A stretch of DNA of 64,000 nt, taken from assembly GCA_050250555.1 (NCBI GenBank), contig JBFWOK010000005.1:14602-78601 (forward strand), in the 5' to 3' direction. Both the position numbers and the translations under genes were made by a program. Of this stretch, positions 37,550 to 47,879 are shown piece after piece. The notes beneath the pieces were generated by a model. The model ran no database searches. It saw nothing but the letters and a program-made list of their open reading frames with translations, and was not told the DNA's origin. The stretch is from Limisphaerales bacterium. GTDB lineage: Bacteria > Verrucomicrobiota > Verrucomicrobiia > Limisphaerales > CAIMTB01. Position 1 is the first letter of the stretch. The number at the start of each line of letters is the position of its first letter.

Positions 37550-38821
37550 TCAGTCGATCCATTCGACTTCGACTTCGCGGCCCGTTTCCCAGGCGCTGCC
37601 AGCGGGTACATGGAGCAGCGCGTTGGCCGCCGCGAGCCCGGATTGGATGTGGGAAGCCTGCATGCCGATCGGTCGCACCGAACCTTTCGAATCCACGTGA
37701 ACCCGAAGGAGATGGAGTCGATCACCCCGGTTGGTCACCGGCTCCGACAGTCGCGCGATTCCGACACGGCCGACGAGTTCCTGATCGGCTTCGAAACGGC
37801 GTAGCGCCGGAAGCACCAGCACCTGCCAGGTGGCAAACACGGCGACGGGGTTCCCAGGCAGGCCGAACCAGTGGCAGTTTCCGAGGCGCCCCCAGGCGAA
37901 CGGCTTACCCGGTTTGACCGCGATACGCCAAAGATCCAGCCGTCCGCCCAACCGGGTGAAGGCGCTCTTCAACAGATCGGCATCGCCCACCGAAACGCCG
38001 CCGGTCGTCACCACCAGGTCGCTGGTGGCCGCGGCCTCTCCAAGAGCCCCCATGATCGCTTCGAGGTCATCCGGCACCCAGGCACCGCGGGCCACGCACG
38101 CGCCGGACCTCTCGGCGAGAGCCCGGAGGAGGAACCGATTGCTATCGGGCAGTTTTCCGGGGGGCACGTCGGCCGAGGGCTCGACCAGTTCGTTGCCCGT
38201 GGTCAGCAGGGTGATCCTCGGCCTGCGTCGGACCTTCAAGGCTCCGACTCCGGCTGCGGCGAGCAGACCCAGGTGGGCGGGACGAAGCCGTTGCCCGGCG
38301 GAAGCGAGAGGGCTCCCACGGCGGACATCCTCGCCGGCGAATCGCACCCCCTCCCACGGCGTGACAGAAGCCAGCAATGTCACCCATCCCGGGGGTTCGG
38401 CGCGGGTGTCCTCCTGCATGACCACCGCGTCCGTTCCCGGAGGCAGAGGAGCGCCTGTGAAGATCCGCGCGCAGGTTCCGTCGGGAAGGCCTTCGAGCGG
38501 AGGATCCCCGGCGGCGGCGACGCGCGAATGGACGGGAAGGCGGATCGGCCTCATCTCGGACAACGATTCCGATGATTCCGACGATTCCGAACCGGAGTCC
38601 CGCGACCGCGCCGTTGGGTCGTTCGAATGTGCGCGCAGGTCCCGGGTCCGAACGGCGTAGCCATCGACGGACGCGTTGTCGAAGCGGGGAATGTCCAGGA
38701 GCGCCTGGACCGGGGACGCCACCACGCGGCCGAGGGCCTGATCGAGGTTCACTGTCTCGACGGCCAACGGTTCGATGGCGTCGAGGATTCGCGCGCGAGC
38801 CTCCTGGAGCGAAATCATCAT
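37550..38821 (-). CDS. moeA: molybdopterin molybdenumtransferase
   Basis: MoeA N-terminus ISLQEARARIL..PRFDNASVDGYAV and the MoCF-binding region VVTTGGVSVGDADLL. Carries a Ser/Glu-rich insert encoded by a 9-bp x3 repeat (38565-38591). Confidence 0.8.
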   Translation of the reverse strand: MMISLQEARARILDAIEPLAVETVNLDQALGRVVASPVQALLDIPRFDNASVDGYAVRTRDLRAHSNDPTARSRDSGSESSESSESLSEMRPIRLPVHSRVAAAGDPPLEGLPDGTCARIFTGAPLPPGTDAVVMQEDTRAEPPGWVTLLASVTPWEGVRFAGEDVRRGSPLASAGQRLRPAHLGLLAAAGVGALKVRRRPRITLLTTGNELVEPSADVPPGKLPDSNRFLLRALAERSGACVARGAWVPDDLEAIMGALGEAAATSDLVVTTGGVSVGDADLLKSAFTRLGGRLDLWRIAVKPGKPFAWGRLGNCHWFGLPGNPVAVFATWQVLVLPALRRFEADQELVGRVGIARLSEPVTNRGDRLHLLRVHVDSKGSVRPIGMQASHIQSGLAAANALLHVPAGSAWETGREVEVEWID

Positions 38822-40038
38822 GGCATCGGGGTGGGTGGCGTGGGCCGTTGCGGGGTGCCTTCGGCAGCGACAGGCGCATCGGGCGCGGACGCAACGGACG
38901 TCACGGCCGCGACGGACGTCTCGGAAGTTCCAGAGGTCCCCGAAGGTGTCGAAGGTGTCGAAGGTGAAGGCCCGTCCTTGGAATCTTCGAGACTTTGGCG
39001 CGCGAGGAATCGGGCGCCCGCGACAAAGCCGGTCGCGAGGCTGACCCCGACAATTGCCAGCGTCACGAACGCCGTCGGAGTGATCCTCCAGCTCAGGATG
39101 ATCGACGCGACGCCGAGAAAGAGGGTGACCGTGTACAGGAAGACGGCTGCCTGACGTTGGTTGAGTCCGAGGCGCATCAGGCGGTGGTGGACGTGGTTCT
39201 TGTCCGGGGAGAACGGGTGCTGTCCGCGCCGCAGCCGGCCGATGACCACCTGGGTGGTGTCGAAGAGGGGGAGGGCGAAGAGCAGCAGGGGGATGAGGAC
39301 GAGGGTCGCGGTCGCGGCCTTGAAGAACGAGAGCGTGCTGATGCCGGCCATCATGACGCCGATGAACAGACTCCCCGAATCGCCCAGGAAAATCCGGGCG
39401 GGCGTGAAATTGAAAGGGAGGAAGCCGAGGGTGGCGCCCGCGAGCGAGAAGGTGAGGAGCGCGACGAGCACATTGCCACCGAGGATATTGATCATGGACA
39501 GGGAGAGCGCCATGACGGCGGCGACTCCGGCGACGAGCCCGTCCATGCCGTCGAGAAGGTTCGTGGCGTTGGTGATGCCGACGATCCAGAGGACGGTGAC
39601 CGGGAGCGAGAACCAGCCGAGCGGGATCGGAGCGGTGACCGGATTGCTGACCTCGCTGATTCGGAATCCCCCGAAGTACATCACGACGGCGACGGCGGCC
39701 TGGATGAGGAGCTTGGTCCGTGGATTGAGATTCAGGATGTCGTCGGCGACCCCGAGGGCGAACATGGCGAGGCCGCAGCCCACGAGGACAAAGAACGTGG
39801 TCTCCTGCTGCTGGAACATCCGGACGACCTGGTTGTCGAGCAGGTAGAGGAAGGCCCAGGGCGCGCAGAAACCAAGAAGTACGGCGATGCCGCCCGTCCG
39901 CGCGGTGGGCGCCCTATGGATCTTGCGGGGATCGGGCCGGTCCACGGCGCCGATGAGGAACGCGAGACGCTGCGCGAACGGCGTGATCAGGAACGACACG
40001 ATCGCCGCCAGCAGCAGCATGGTGAAATAAGTCCTCAT
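38818..40038 (-). CDS. polyprenyl-phosphate N-acetylhexosamine-1-phosphate transferase (MraY/WecA/TagO family, GT4 of the PNPT superfamily)
   Basis: Multi-TM protein with NATNLLDGMDGL and DSGSLFIG motifs. The Ser/Thr/Pro-rich tail includes a 9-bp x3 repeat (38941-38967). The stop overlaps the moeA ATG (ATGA). Confidence 0.8.
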   Translation of the reverse strand: MRTYFTMLLLAAIVSFLITPFAQRLAFLIGAVDRPDPRKIHRAPTARTGGIAVLLGFCAPWAFLYLLDNQVVRMFQQQETTFFVLVGCGLAMFALGVADDILNLNPRTKLLIQAAVAVVMYFGGFRISEVSNPVTAPIPLGWFSLPVTVLWIVGITNATNLLDGMDGLVAGVAAVMALSLSMINILGGNVLVALLTFSLAGATLGFLPFNFTPARIFLGDSGSLFIGVMMAGISTLSFFKAATATLVLIPLLLFALPLFDTTQVVIGRLRRGQHPFSPDKNHVHHRLMRLGLNQRQAAVFLYTVTLFLGVASIILSWRITPTAFVTLAIVGVSLATGFVAGARFLARQSLEDSKDGPSPSTPSTPSGTSGTSETSVAAVTSVASAPDAPVAAEGTPQRPTPPTPMP

Positions 40039-40085
40039 CTCATCTCATCTCATGTCATCCCTTTCCATTCCATCCCATCTCATCG
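40036..40085. repeat. degenerate pentanucleotide array (CATCY)10, read RGATG on the coding strand
   Basis: catct catct catct catgt catcc ctttc cattc catcc catct catcg. It fills the whole gap between the GT4 stop (40080-82) and the wecA-like start (40036-38) and includes both codons. Confidence 0.8.
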
Positions 40086-41204
40086 CCGCGTCGAGCCTCG
40101 AGTCAGGCTCTCGAAGAGCTTCCAATACCGCCCCACCATGACGTCGAGCGCGAATTCGGCGTGGGCCCGTTGATGCCCGTTCCGGCCCAGGCGCCGCGCC
40201 AGTTCGGGTTCGGAGGTCAGCTTGAAGATCGCCTGGGCGAGGGCGTTCGCGTCGGAGGGCGGAACGATGAGGCCGGTGATCCGGTCCTGGTTCACGAAGG
40301 GGACACCGGAACTGATCTGGCAGCTGATGACGGGTTTGCCGCAGGCCATGGCCTCGACCTGGGCCAGGCCGAACGCCTCATTGGGTGTGATCGAGGGCAG
40401 GACGAACACATCGCAGGCATGCATGAATGCCGGCAGTTCGGCGTCGGGCACCTCGCCCCAGAACCGGACCCGATCCGACACGCGCGCGACCCGCGCGACG
40501 CGTTCCAGCTCCTCACGAAGCGGTCCGTTTCCGACGATCCAGGCGACCCCCTGGGTGAAACGAAGGGCTTCGATGAGATACCGCTGGCCCTTGTATCCCA
40601 CGAGCCGGCCGAGGTTGAGCAGGATCGGCCGTCCGGCGGCTTCCGCTTGCGCGGCTTCGACCGCGGGAACGACCGGGGGAGGCCGGTCGAACCGCGTGAA
40701 ATCCAGGCCGAACGGAATGATCTCGCATCGATCCCGGTGGGGAACCAGGGCGTCGGCGTAGGTGAGCTGGGGAGGCGTGGCGACGACAATCCGATTGGCC
40801 CTCCGGAGCAGCCGGTTCATCAGCGGGGCGTACATCCGCATCGCCACTTTCTGTCGGACGATGTCGGCATGGTACGTGACCACCACCGGAGTGGTCCGAC
40901 GCCCCAGCAGAACCGCGATATCCGCGAGCGGATTCGGAAAGTGCAGGTGAATCAGGTCCGCGGGCCGTCGAGCCGCGGTGACGTACCCGGGACAGAACGG
41001 CAGCGACAGTCCGGAACCGAACCGCGCGCAGCGCTCGACCTTCACACCGCCGAGGGTCTCGTGGACGTTCCGCGGCCGATCGTTCGCGACGACGCAGGTC
41101 ACGTCGGCTCCAAGCCTCGCGAACCCTTCGCACCAGATGCGGGTCAGCGTCTCGATCCCCCCGTGGAACGGAGGGTAGTACTTGCCCAGGACCAGGATCT
41201 TCAT
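40080..41204 (-). CDS. glycosyltransferase family 4 (GT-B, retaining)
   Basis: Trimmed to ATG 41204 (MKILVLGKYYPPFHGGIE). EX7E region NEAFGLAQVEAMACGKPV. Confidence 0.8.
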   Translation of the reverse strand: MKILVLGKYYPPFHGGIETLTRIWCEGFARLGADVTCVVANDRPRNVHETLGGVKVERCARFGSGLSLPFCPGYVTAARRPADLIHLHFPNPLADIAVLLGRRTTPVVVTYHADIVRQKVAMRMYAPLMNRLLRRANRIVVATPPQLTYADALVPHRDRCEIIPFGLDFTRFDRPPPVVPAVEAAQAEAAGRPILLNLGRLVGYKGQRYLIEALRFTQGVAWIVGNGPLREELERVARVARVSDRVRFWGEVPDAELPAFMHACDVFVLPSITPNEAFGLAQVEAMACGKPVISCQISSGVPFVNQDRITGLIVPPSDANALAQAIFKLTSEPELARRLGRNGHQRAHAEFALDVMVGRYWKLFESLTRGSTRR

Positions 41205-42430
41205 GCGGCGATCGGTTGCGTCAGCGAGGTCAGTTCGGCTCCGAGGCGTTCGCAGGCCGTCAGCTGGGCGTCCCACGGGAAACGTTCACGGGCGTAGGCG
41301 GCGCAGCGCCCGCGCGAGGGCAGACCCCGCGGATTGCGCAGCGCTTCATCCAAACGCTCGGCCAGTCCGGCGACCGACGCCGGAGGAAACAGCAGGCCAC
41401 GATCGAGCGGATCGAGAATCTCCGGCGTCGCCCCCGCCCGCGAACCCAGGACCGGCGTGCCGCACGCCAACGCCTCAACGGTCACGAGCCCGAATCCCTC
41501 GAGGTCCAACGACGGCATCACCACGGCGTCGGCGGAATTCAGGAGGCCCGACACCTCGGACTCCGGCACGAATCCAAGAAGACGCGCCGACCCACCGACA
41601 CCAAGCCGCTCGATCCGCGATCGCAAGGCTCCCTCCGCGGGACCTCGGCCCGTGAGCCACAGCCGCGCGCGCGGATGTTTCACCACCACGCGCGCGAAGG
41701 CGTCGACGAGCACGTCGAGGCCCATTCGCGGATCAAGGCGCCGGAGGGCCACGAAGAGCATCTCATCCGGCGACAGTCCGAGGCGCGCGCGGACCGATCG
41801 ACGGTCGGCGTCCGACAGCGGGTGGAACTGATCGAAATCGACGCCGCCGTGGACGACCTCAATCGGAGGGAGGGGCCCGGGAAACCACGCTGGGAGTTGG
41901 GTGGCGAAATGGCGGCTCAACGTGACGATGCGCTGGGCGCGCCGCAGGCAGCGCGCCTCCACGCGGCGCATCACGCGCGGGACGACGAGATCGAGGCATT
42001 TCCGGACGATTCCCCGCCGACGGGCGGTCTGGGCGAGCCGATACTCGAGCGCCCATGGTCCGTGGAAGATGTGAAGGATCGGGATCGACCGCGGAACGCC
42101 TTCGACGGCGGGACCGAGGTACGGATGGTGCTGGATGAGAAGCGTCGGGACGCCGGGGTCGCGATTCGCGGCGAGTTGAGCCAGCAGGGCTCGGGCGGCG
42201 AGGTTCTCGTTTCGCCAGTTCGAATGGAACTGGCCCTGGCTCTGGGGGAACCGGTGGATGATGAACCCGTCGCGGGTTTCGCGTTCCGGTCCGGGAGGAT
42301 CCGTCTGGGCGGTGACCACATCGACGGAATGTCCGCGGCTCGCGAGCCCCCGGGCCTGGGCGGCCGCGACCCGCCAGGCGCCCCCGTCGATATCCGGATG
42401 CAACCCGAGGCTGACGATCAGGAATCGCAT
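41201..42430 (-). CDS. glycosyltransferase family 4
   Basis: MRFLIVSLGLHPDIDGGAWR..; LEGFGLVTVEALACGTPV. The stop overlaps the next ATG (ATGA). Confidence 0.8.
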   Translation of the reverse strand: MRFLIVSLGLHPDIDGGAWRVAAAQARGLASRGHSVDVVTAQTDPPGPERETRDGFIIHRFPQSQGQFHSNWRNENLAARALLAQLAANRDPGVPTLLIQHHPYLGPAVEGVPRSIPILHIFHGPWALEYRLAQTARRRGIVRKCLDLVVPRVMRRVEARCLRRAQRIVTLSRHFATQLPAWFPGPLPPIEVVHGGVDFDQFHPLSDADRRSVRARLGLSPDEMLFVALRRLDPRMGLDVLVDAFARVVVKHPRARLWLTGRGPAEGALRSRIERLGVGGSARLLGFVPESEVSGLLNSADAVVMPSLDLEGFGLVTVEALACGTPVLGSRAGATPEILDPLDRGLLFPPASVAGLAERLDEALRNPRGLPSRGRCAAYARERFPWDAQLTACERLGAELTSLTQPIAA

Positions 42431-42432
42431 GC

Positions 42433-43644
42433 TCAGGCGACGAGGCCGTCAAAGAGAACGTCGAAGGCGTTCTGAACCCTCGCGATCGAAAACCGGCTCC
42501 GAACGGTTTCGCGTCCAGCCGAGCGGAGGCGCGCCCGAAGCTCCGCATCCCCGACGACGCATCGGATCTGGGCCAGGTAGTCCGCCAGATCGCCGGGGCG
42601 GGCGAGCAACCCGTTCGTCCCGTGTTCGATGATTTCGGGAACGCCGCCGGCCCGCGCCCCGAGGACGGGAATCCCGATGGCCATGCCCTCGATCAGGACC
42701 CGTCCGAACGGCTCGGGTTTGAGGGAGCAATGGACCAGCAGATCGAGATCGCTGAGCACGGCCCCGATGTCGCGCTGGAAGGGGACGACGTGCACTCGTT
42801 CGCGGAGGCCGCGCAGGCGGATGAAATTCCGCAACGCCAACTCGAACCGTTGATCCTCGTTGAACGCGTGGCCGACGAGGACAAATCGTCCCGAAGGTGT
42901 CTGCCGGCACCAGGCTTCGGCGATGCGCAGGAAGAAATCCTGGCCCTTCCACGGCGTGAAACGTCCCACGACGCCGATCAGCGGTTCGTCGTCCGAGGCG
43001 GCCAGCATGTGCCGGAGGGTTCCGCGAGGCTGGGGTTCATATCGGTCGAGGGGGATTCCGTTGTGGATCGTGACGACCTCGGCCTCGGGCAGCCCCTGGT
43101 TTAGAAGCGGGCGACGCGCGAAATCGGAAACCACGACGACGCGCGAGGCGCCGCGCCGGGCCTGGGTGACGAACGCCCGGCGGGCCGCCCACGGAAAGAA
43201 ATCCGCCGAGAGGATGTCGTTGACCCACCAAACCGACGGAACCGTCGCCGCGCGGCAGGCCGGCCAGACCGCGAAATGATCCTTGTTGGTGCAGGACACG
43301 ACGAAATCGGGTCGCACCCTTTCCAGAATGGCGGCGAACGCCTCCCGGCCTCGGACGAGCGATTTGAAACTCCGGAGGACGCGGAGGACGGGAAACCGGC
43401 GGCCGACCAGCCGGAGGTTTCCGAGGCTGGGATCAAAGGCGTAGGGATGACAGGGAATCCCCCGGGCCTGAAGGGCGTCGTGGAGCGAACTCTCCGGATC
43501 GCAGGCGACCTGGATGTCCCAGGCGGTCCTCGCGGCGGAATCGCCCACGAGTTCGACGAGGTTGATCTCCGCCCCGCCCAGGATCCGGCGGACATGGTCC
43601 ACGAACAGGACTCGGCGGGCGGGTGGAGCGTTGTCGTTGTTCAT
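42433..43644 (-). CDS. glycosyltransferase family 4
   Basis: Trimmed to ATG 43644. GRFTPWKGQD..PEPFGRVLIEGMAIGIPV. Confidence 0.8.
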   Translation of the reverse strand: MNNDNAPPARRVLFVDHVRRILGGAEINLVELVGDSAARTAWDIQVACDPESSLHDALQARGIPCHPYAFDPSLGNLRLVGRRFPVLRVLRSFKSLVRGREAFAAILERVRPDFVVSCTNKDHFAVWPACRAATVPSVWWVNDILSADFFPWAARRAFVTQARRGASRVVVVSDFARRPLLNQGLPEAEVVTIHNGIPLDRYEPQPRGTLRHMLAASDDEPLIGVVGRFTPWKGQDFFLRIAEAWCRQTPSGRFVLVGHAFNEDQRFELALRNFIRLRGLRERVHVVPFQRDIGAVLSDLDLLVHCSLKPEPFGRVLIEGMAIGIPVLGARAGGVPEIIEHGTNGLLARPGDLADYLAQIRCVVGDAELRARLRSAGRETVRSRFSIARVQNAFDVLFDGLVA

Positions 43645-44564
43645 GGAGGGGTGGGTTGAACCGTCAGGCGGGGCCGTAGAATCTCCCAGACGGCGGAGAA
43701 TTCGAGCCCCGGCAGTCCCGCGTCGTCCTGAACCAGCGTGATGTGGGAACCGCGCGGGCGCCACAGAGTTGGGTTGGACGGGCCCCACAGGGCGATGCAG
43801 GGAAGGCCGACGGCGGCGGCGAGGTGGGTGATGCCCGAATCATGCCCGATGAAAAGTTCGCAGGCGCGGAGAAGCGACGCGACCGCGTCGAGTGGAAGGC
43901 TGCGGGCCACATGAACACGCCGGGAAGGGAGTTCCCCGGCCAACCGCTGAAGCCGGTCGCCCTCCGCCTCACCGCCGAGAAGGACGAGGTTCCGATCCGA
44001 ATGCTCGATCGCGGCCGCCAGAAGCCCCGCCCACCGGCGTTCGGGCCAGTTCTTGGACTCGGATCCGCTCCCCGGGTGGACGGCGATCCACCGACCCGGG
44101 CCGGGTGACGTCGGATCGGCGTCGATCCGAGGGGTCGCGTCGGCGTCGAAGATCGCAAGACGCTGAAGCGGCGAGAGGAAGGTGTCCGCGGCGTGAATGC
44201 AGGCCGATTCGTCGGGACGATGAGGTCCGACAAGAAACTGGGCGCGGGTGCAGCGCGCGACGTTCTCCTGGAAGACGCCGTCCGGATCGTAGAGATAGGA
44301 AACGATCACCGCGAACCCGGAGAAGAACGCCGCGACCGCGGGGTCCAGGGCTCCGCCCCGCGCGAAGAACTGGGCGAGGGGGCGCGCCTCGATGGGATGG
44401 ACCGCGTGGGCAACCCCTCCGAGGAGGGCCAACCGCGCGATGTGGGGATACCCGAGCACCTCGACGCGCGCGTTCGGGAACTGGGTCCGAAGGGCGGCGA
44501 GGGCGGGAAGGGTCAGAATGAAATCGCCGAGCGCGCCGCCCCGGATGACAAGGATTCGCCCCAT
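43641..44564 (-). CDS. glycosyltransferase family 9 (heptosyltransferase-like)
   Basis: RILVIRGGALGDFILTLPALAAL and ..FIGHDSGITHLAAAVGLPCIALWGP. ATGA overlap with the downstream gene. Confidence 0.75.
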   Translation of the reverse strand: MGRILVIRGGALGDFILTLPALAALRTQFPNARVEVLGYPHIARLALLGGVAHAVHPIEARPLAQFFARGGALDPAVAAFFSGFAVIVSYLYDPDGVFQENVARCTRAQFLVGPHRPDESACIHAADTFLSPLQRLAIFDADATPRIDADPTSPGPGRWIAVHPGSGSESKNWPERRWAGLLAAAIEHSDRNLVLLGGEAEGDRLQRLAGELPSRRVHVARSLPLDAVASLLRACELFIGHDSGITHLAAAVGLPCIALWGPSNPTLWRPRGSHITLVQDDAGLPGLEFSAVWEILRPRLTVQPTPP

Positions 44565-44567
44565 GGA

Positions 44568-46487
44568 TCACGGAGGCGACGGGTTGGGCAGGGCGGGCCC
44601 CCCGCCCGCTGGCGCATCCGGGTCGGGGCTTGGAAGGACGCGATCGGCGGCGGGCGCGCCGGCCGGCCGGACCGGGTCGAGTGGATCCAGCCCCTTGGGG
44701 GGCGCGATCGGAAGGGATTCCTGCCAGCGGTTGCGGTCGGCGAGCAGGACGTGATCCGGAAAGGTGGTCAGGAAGGAGGGAGCCTGTCGGAGCGGAAACC
44801 CCTTCGGAACCTCGCCCCGGGTCAGGATTTCGATGATGAACCGTCCCCATTTCCTGGCGTTGAGAACCCACCCCGACAGGAAGCGTTCGTCGAGGGTGAT
44901 GCGAGTCAGGTAGAGGCCGTCAACCGTCTTATGCCAGTCGCTGATGTCGAGGAACTCCTTGTCCGGGCTCGCCGACAACAGGACGGCGGGGCGGTTGCCG
45001 TACCAGGCGACGGCCCACGGCATGTCCGACATCATCAGTTCGGAGGGTTCGAACCACTGCGAAACCCGTTGGATGGTCGGCGGATAGTACGGCGGATAAA
45101 CAATCGGACTGGTTCGGGGCGGTCCGAAAGCGAGAGCGAGCGGAATCCAGGAGATCAGGACGACCGCCGTGAGGGCGAAGGTTCGCCACACCTCGACGCT
45201 CACCTCGAGGCTGAACACGAGCAGGGCGACCAGCGCCATGCCAAACATGAACGCCAGCGGAGTCAGAAGGACGATGAGATTCTCGGAATTGATCCGCGGC
45301 GTGTCGAGTGACAGGTGGGTGCGCGAGAGGATCTGGGCGGCGGCGACAAAAACCAAGGCGCCCACCGTGAACCAGCGCATTCGGGAGCGGACGGGATCCA
45401 CGAACGGGACGAGAAATCCAACGAGGAAGAACGCGGTCAGCCAGCTTCCCCCGAGTTGGGGCAGTTCCTCCCGGATCATGCTCGAAGCGCCGATGAAGAA
45501 CTTCCGGAGCACCTCATCGGGGGAGACCTTGGAAACGTCGGGTTCGAGCACCCGATCCAGCCAGTTGCCGCTGAAGGTGGCGGTCTCCTGGACGATGGAA
45601 TAGGGCGCGATGCCGAACGGATTGCCGCAGACCTGCCAGTTCCGGACGAGCCAGGGCGAGATGACGGCGGCGAACGCGGCGACCGCCAGGAGCGAGGGAA
45701 GCACCCGTCGGCCCGATGTGCCGGTGGCCAGGAACAGCAGGACGGGGACAATGAGAACTCCGAGCGCGTAGCGCGTGAGAAGCAGTCCCCCGGTCAGGAG
45801 TCCGGCAAGTACCGCCAGCACCAGCACGGACATGGCTCCCATGGGGGGTTCGCGGCGGCTTCCCGCATCGATGTCCGTCAGGACGTTCAGAAGCGCCGTG
45901 AAAAGGGCCAGCGCCAGCATCGTGGGCAGGCCGGAGGCGCTGAACTGCCAGAGGAGATCGCACCCGATCAGCGCGAGCGCCGTGAGCAGCGCGACCCGGT
46001 CGTCGAAGAGGCGACGCGCCAGGCGCCAGGAGAGGATGACCGCGATGAAGAAGAATCCCTGGTTGATGAACGCGATCACAAAATCGGGCTGGTGCCGGCG
46101 GAAGACCGATTCCTTCTGGGACGCGATCTCATGATTGAACAGGCCCGGGATCTTCATGAAACCCGCCAGCACCAGGGGGTACAGCGGCGGGTTGGCGAGG
46201 TCGGGGTGTTCGGTGCCCTTGATCATGGGCGACCGATCCTCCCGGTTCTGAATGAGCACTCCCATCGAGAGCGGGCGGATGCACCGCGTGGTGAATCCCC
46301 GTCCCTCGGCGAGATTCCGCGCCACCTGGGCCGCGTCCATGGCCTCCTCCGAATGGAAGTTCTTGAACTCCCTGAGATTGTACGCGACGGAGACGGTGAC
46401 GATCCCGAGGAAGATGGCGACGATCCGGAGGTACCGGGCGCCGGCGCCAACTTCGAGGGCGTGGATGAGTTCCTGTAAGCGGGGCAT
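44568..46487 (-). CDS. polytopic membrane glycosyltransferase (GT39/ArnT/PMT_2-like)
   Basis: 639 aa with more than 10 TM segments. N-terminal loop SEEAMDAAQVARNLAEGRGF resembles the DE..A..L..G motif of the ArnT/PMT family. Confidence 0.6.
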   Translation of the reverse strand: MPRLQELIHALEVGAGARYLRIVAIFLGIVTVSVAYNLREFKNFHSEEAMDAAQVARNLAEGRGFTTRCIRPLSMGVLIQNREDRSPMIKGTEHPDLANPPLYPLVLAGFMKIPGLFNHEIASQKESVFRRHQPDFVIAFINQGFFFIAVILSWRLARRLFDDRVALLTALALIGCDLLWQFSASGLPTMLALALFTALLNVLTDIDAGSRREPPMGAMSVLVLAVLAGLLTGGLLLTRYALGVLIVPVLLFLATGTSGRRVLPSLLAVAAFAAVISPWLVRNWQVCGNPFGIAPYSIVQETATFSGNWLDRVLEPDVSKVSPDEVLRKFFIGASSMIREELPQLGGSWLTAFFLVGFLVPFVDPVRSRMRWFTVGALVFVAAAQILSRTHLSLDTPRINSENLIVLLTPLAFMFGMALVALLVFSLEVSVEVWRTFALTAVVLISWIPLALAFGPPRTSPIVYPPYYPPTIQRVSQWFEPSELMMSDMPWAVAWYGNRPAVLLSASPDKEFLDISDWHKTVDGLYLTRITLDERFLSGWVLNARKWGRFIIEILTRGEVPKGFPLRQAPSFLTTFPDHVLLADRNRWQESLPIAPPKGLDPLDPVRPAGAPAADRVLPSPDPDAPAGGGPALPNPSPP

Positions 46488-46490
46488 GAT

Positions 46491-47879
46491 TCAAAAGCCT
46501 TCCAGATGGTACTCGTGGAGTTTGCGGTGAAGGGTGCGGCGGCTCATTCCGATGCGGCGCGCCGCTTCGGTCCGGTTGCCACCGGTTTCCCGGAGGGCCT
46601 CGGCGATGAGCTGGCGCTCGGCGTCGTGGATGGTCATCGGCCCTTCCTGCGGCGGGGCGCCCGACGCGGTCCCAGCCGGTCCCGAAACCGTGGTGCCCGC
46701 CCGCGGCTGGCGAACGTCCGGCGGCAGATCGCGCAGGGCCACCACCGAATCCCGCGACAGAACAACCGCCCTTTCGACGGCCGCCCGCAGTTCCCGGACG
46801 TTTCCCGGCCACGAATGCGACTGGATCGCGTCGAGGGCTTCGGCGCTGAATCCCGTGATCGATTTGCCGTTCGCCTGCGCCGATTCCGCGAGGAACGCCG
46901 CCGCCAGGAGCGGGATGTCGGTCGGTCGTTCGCGAAGCGACGGGAGCAACACCTCCACCACGCAGAGACGATAGTAGAGGTCCTTCCGGAATTGTCCCTC
47001 CCGCACCATTTCCTGGAGGTCGCGGTTCGTCGCGGTGATGAGCCGGACGTCGGCCGTGAGCGTCTTGCTCGACCCCACGCGCTCGAACGTCCGGACATCC
47101 AGGAACCGCAGGAGCTTGACCTGAAGCGTCGCGTCGATCTCCCCGATCTCGTCCAGGAACAGGGTCCCCCCCTGGGCCTGTTCGAAGCGGCCGATCCTCC
47201 GCTCGTGCGCCCCGGTGAAGGCCCCCTTCTCATGGCCGAAAAGCTCGCTCTCCAGGAGGGTTGGCGCAAGCGCGCCACCGTGGACGATGACCAGGGGGCC
47301 CTTCGACCGCGGACTCAGCTGGTGAATGGCCCGTGCGATGAGTTCCTTGCCCGTGCCGCTCTCCCCACGGATGAGGACCGTGGCCCGCGAGTCGGCGACC
47401 TGCCGCACCGTGTCAAGGACCTCCCTCATGGCCGGTGAATTCCCCACGATATGGTCGAGCCCGTACCGCGAGTCGAGCTGGCGGTGCAGCGCCGTGTTCT
47501 CCGACTCGAGCTTCCTCGAACGCAGGGCCTTCTCAATCTTCAGCTCCAGCAGGTCGATCTCCATCCGCCCCTTCGCGATGTAGTCGTCCGCGCCCCGCTT
47601 CATCGCGTCGACGATCGTCTCGTCGGAGCCGTACGCCGTCATGAGAATGCAGACGGGCGGTTTCGCGAGGGATTTGGCGCGCTCGATCAGCTTCAGGCCG
47701 TCCCCCTGCGGAAGCCGGAGATCGGTGAGCAGCACATCGAAGCGCTCCCGCTCGAGAAGATCGATGGCGGACGACGCATCGTCGGCGATGAACACATCGT
47801 AGCGATCCTCCAGCGCCAGCCGGAGTCCGTCGCGGGTCGTCCTTTCGTCGTCGACGATGAGGAGGGTGGGCTCGTTCAC
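46491..47879 (-). CDS. sigma-54-dependent response regulator (NtrC family bEBP)
   Basis: Trimmed to GTG 47879, which overlaps the kinase stop (GTGA). Receiver domain [17 protein letters not shown]; AAA+ motifs GESGTGKE and GAFTGA; C-terminal Fis-type HTH. Confidence 0.85.
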   Translation of the reverse strand: MNEPTLLIVDDERTTRDGLRLALEDRYDVFIADDASSAIDLLERERFDVLLTDLRLPQGDGLKLIERAKSLAKPPVCILMTAYGSDETIVDAMKRGADDYIAKGRMEIDLLELKIEKALRSRKLESENTALHRQLDSRYGLDHIVGNSPAMREVLDTVRQVADSRATVLIRGESGTGKELIARAIHQLSPRSKGPLVIVHGGALAPTLLESELFGHEKGAFTGAHERRIGRFEQAQGGTLFLDEIGEIDATLQVKLLRFLDVRTFERVGSSKTLTADVRLITATNRDLQEMVREGQFRKDLYYRLCVVEVLLPSLRERPTDIPLLAAAFLAESAQANGKSITGFSAEALDAIQSHSWPGNVRELRAAVERAVVLSRDSVVALRDLPPDVRQPRAGTTVSGPAGTASGAPPQEGPMTIHDAERQLIAEALRETGGNRTEAARRIGMSRRTLHRKLHEYHLEGF

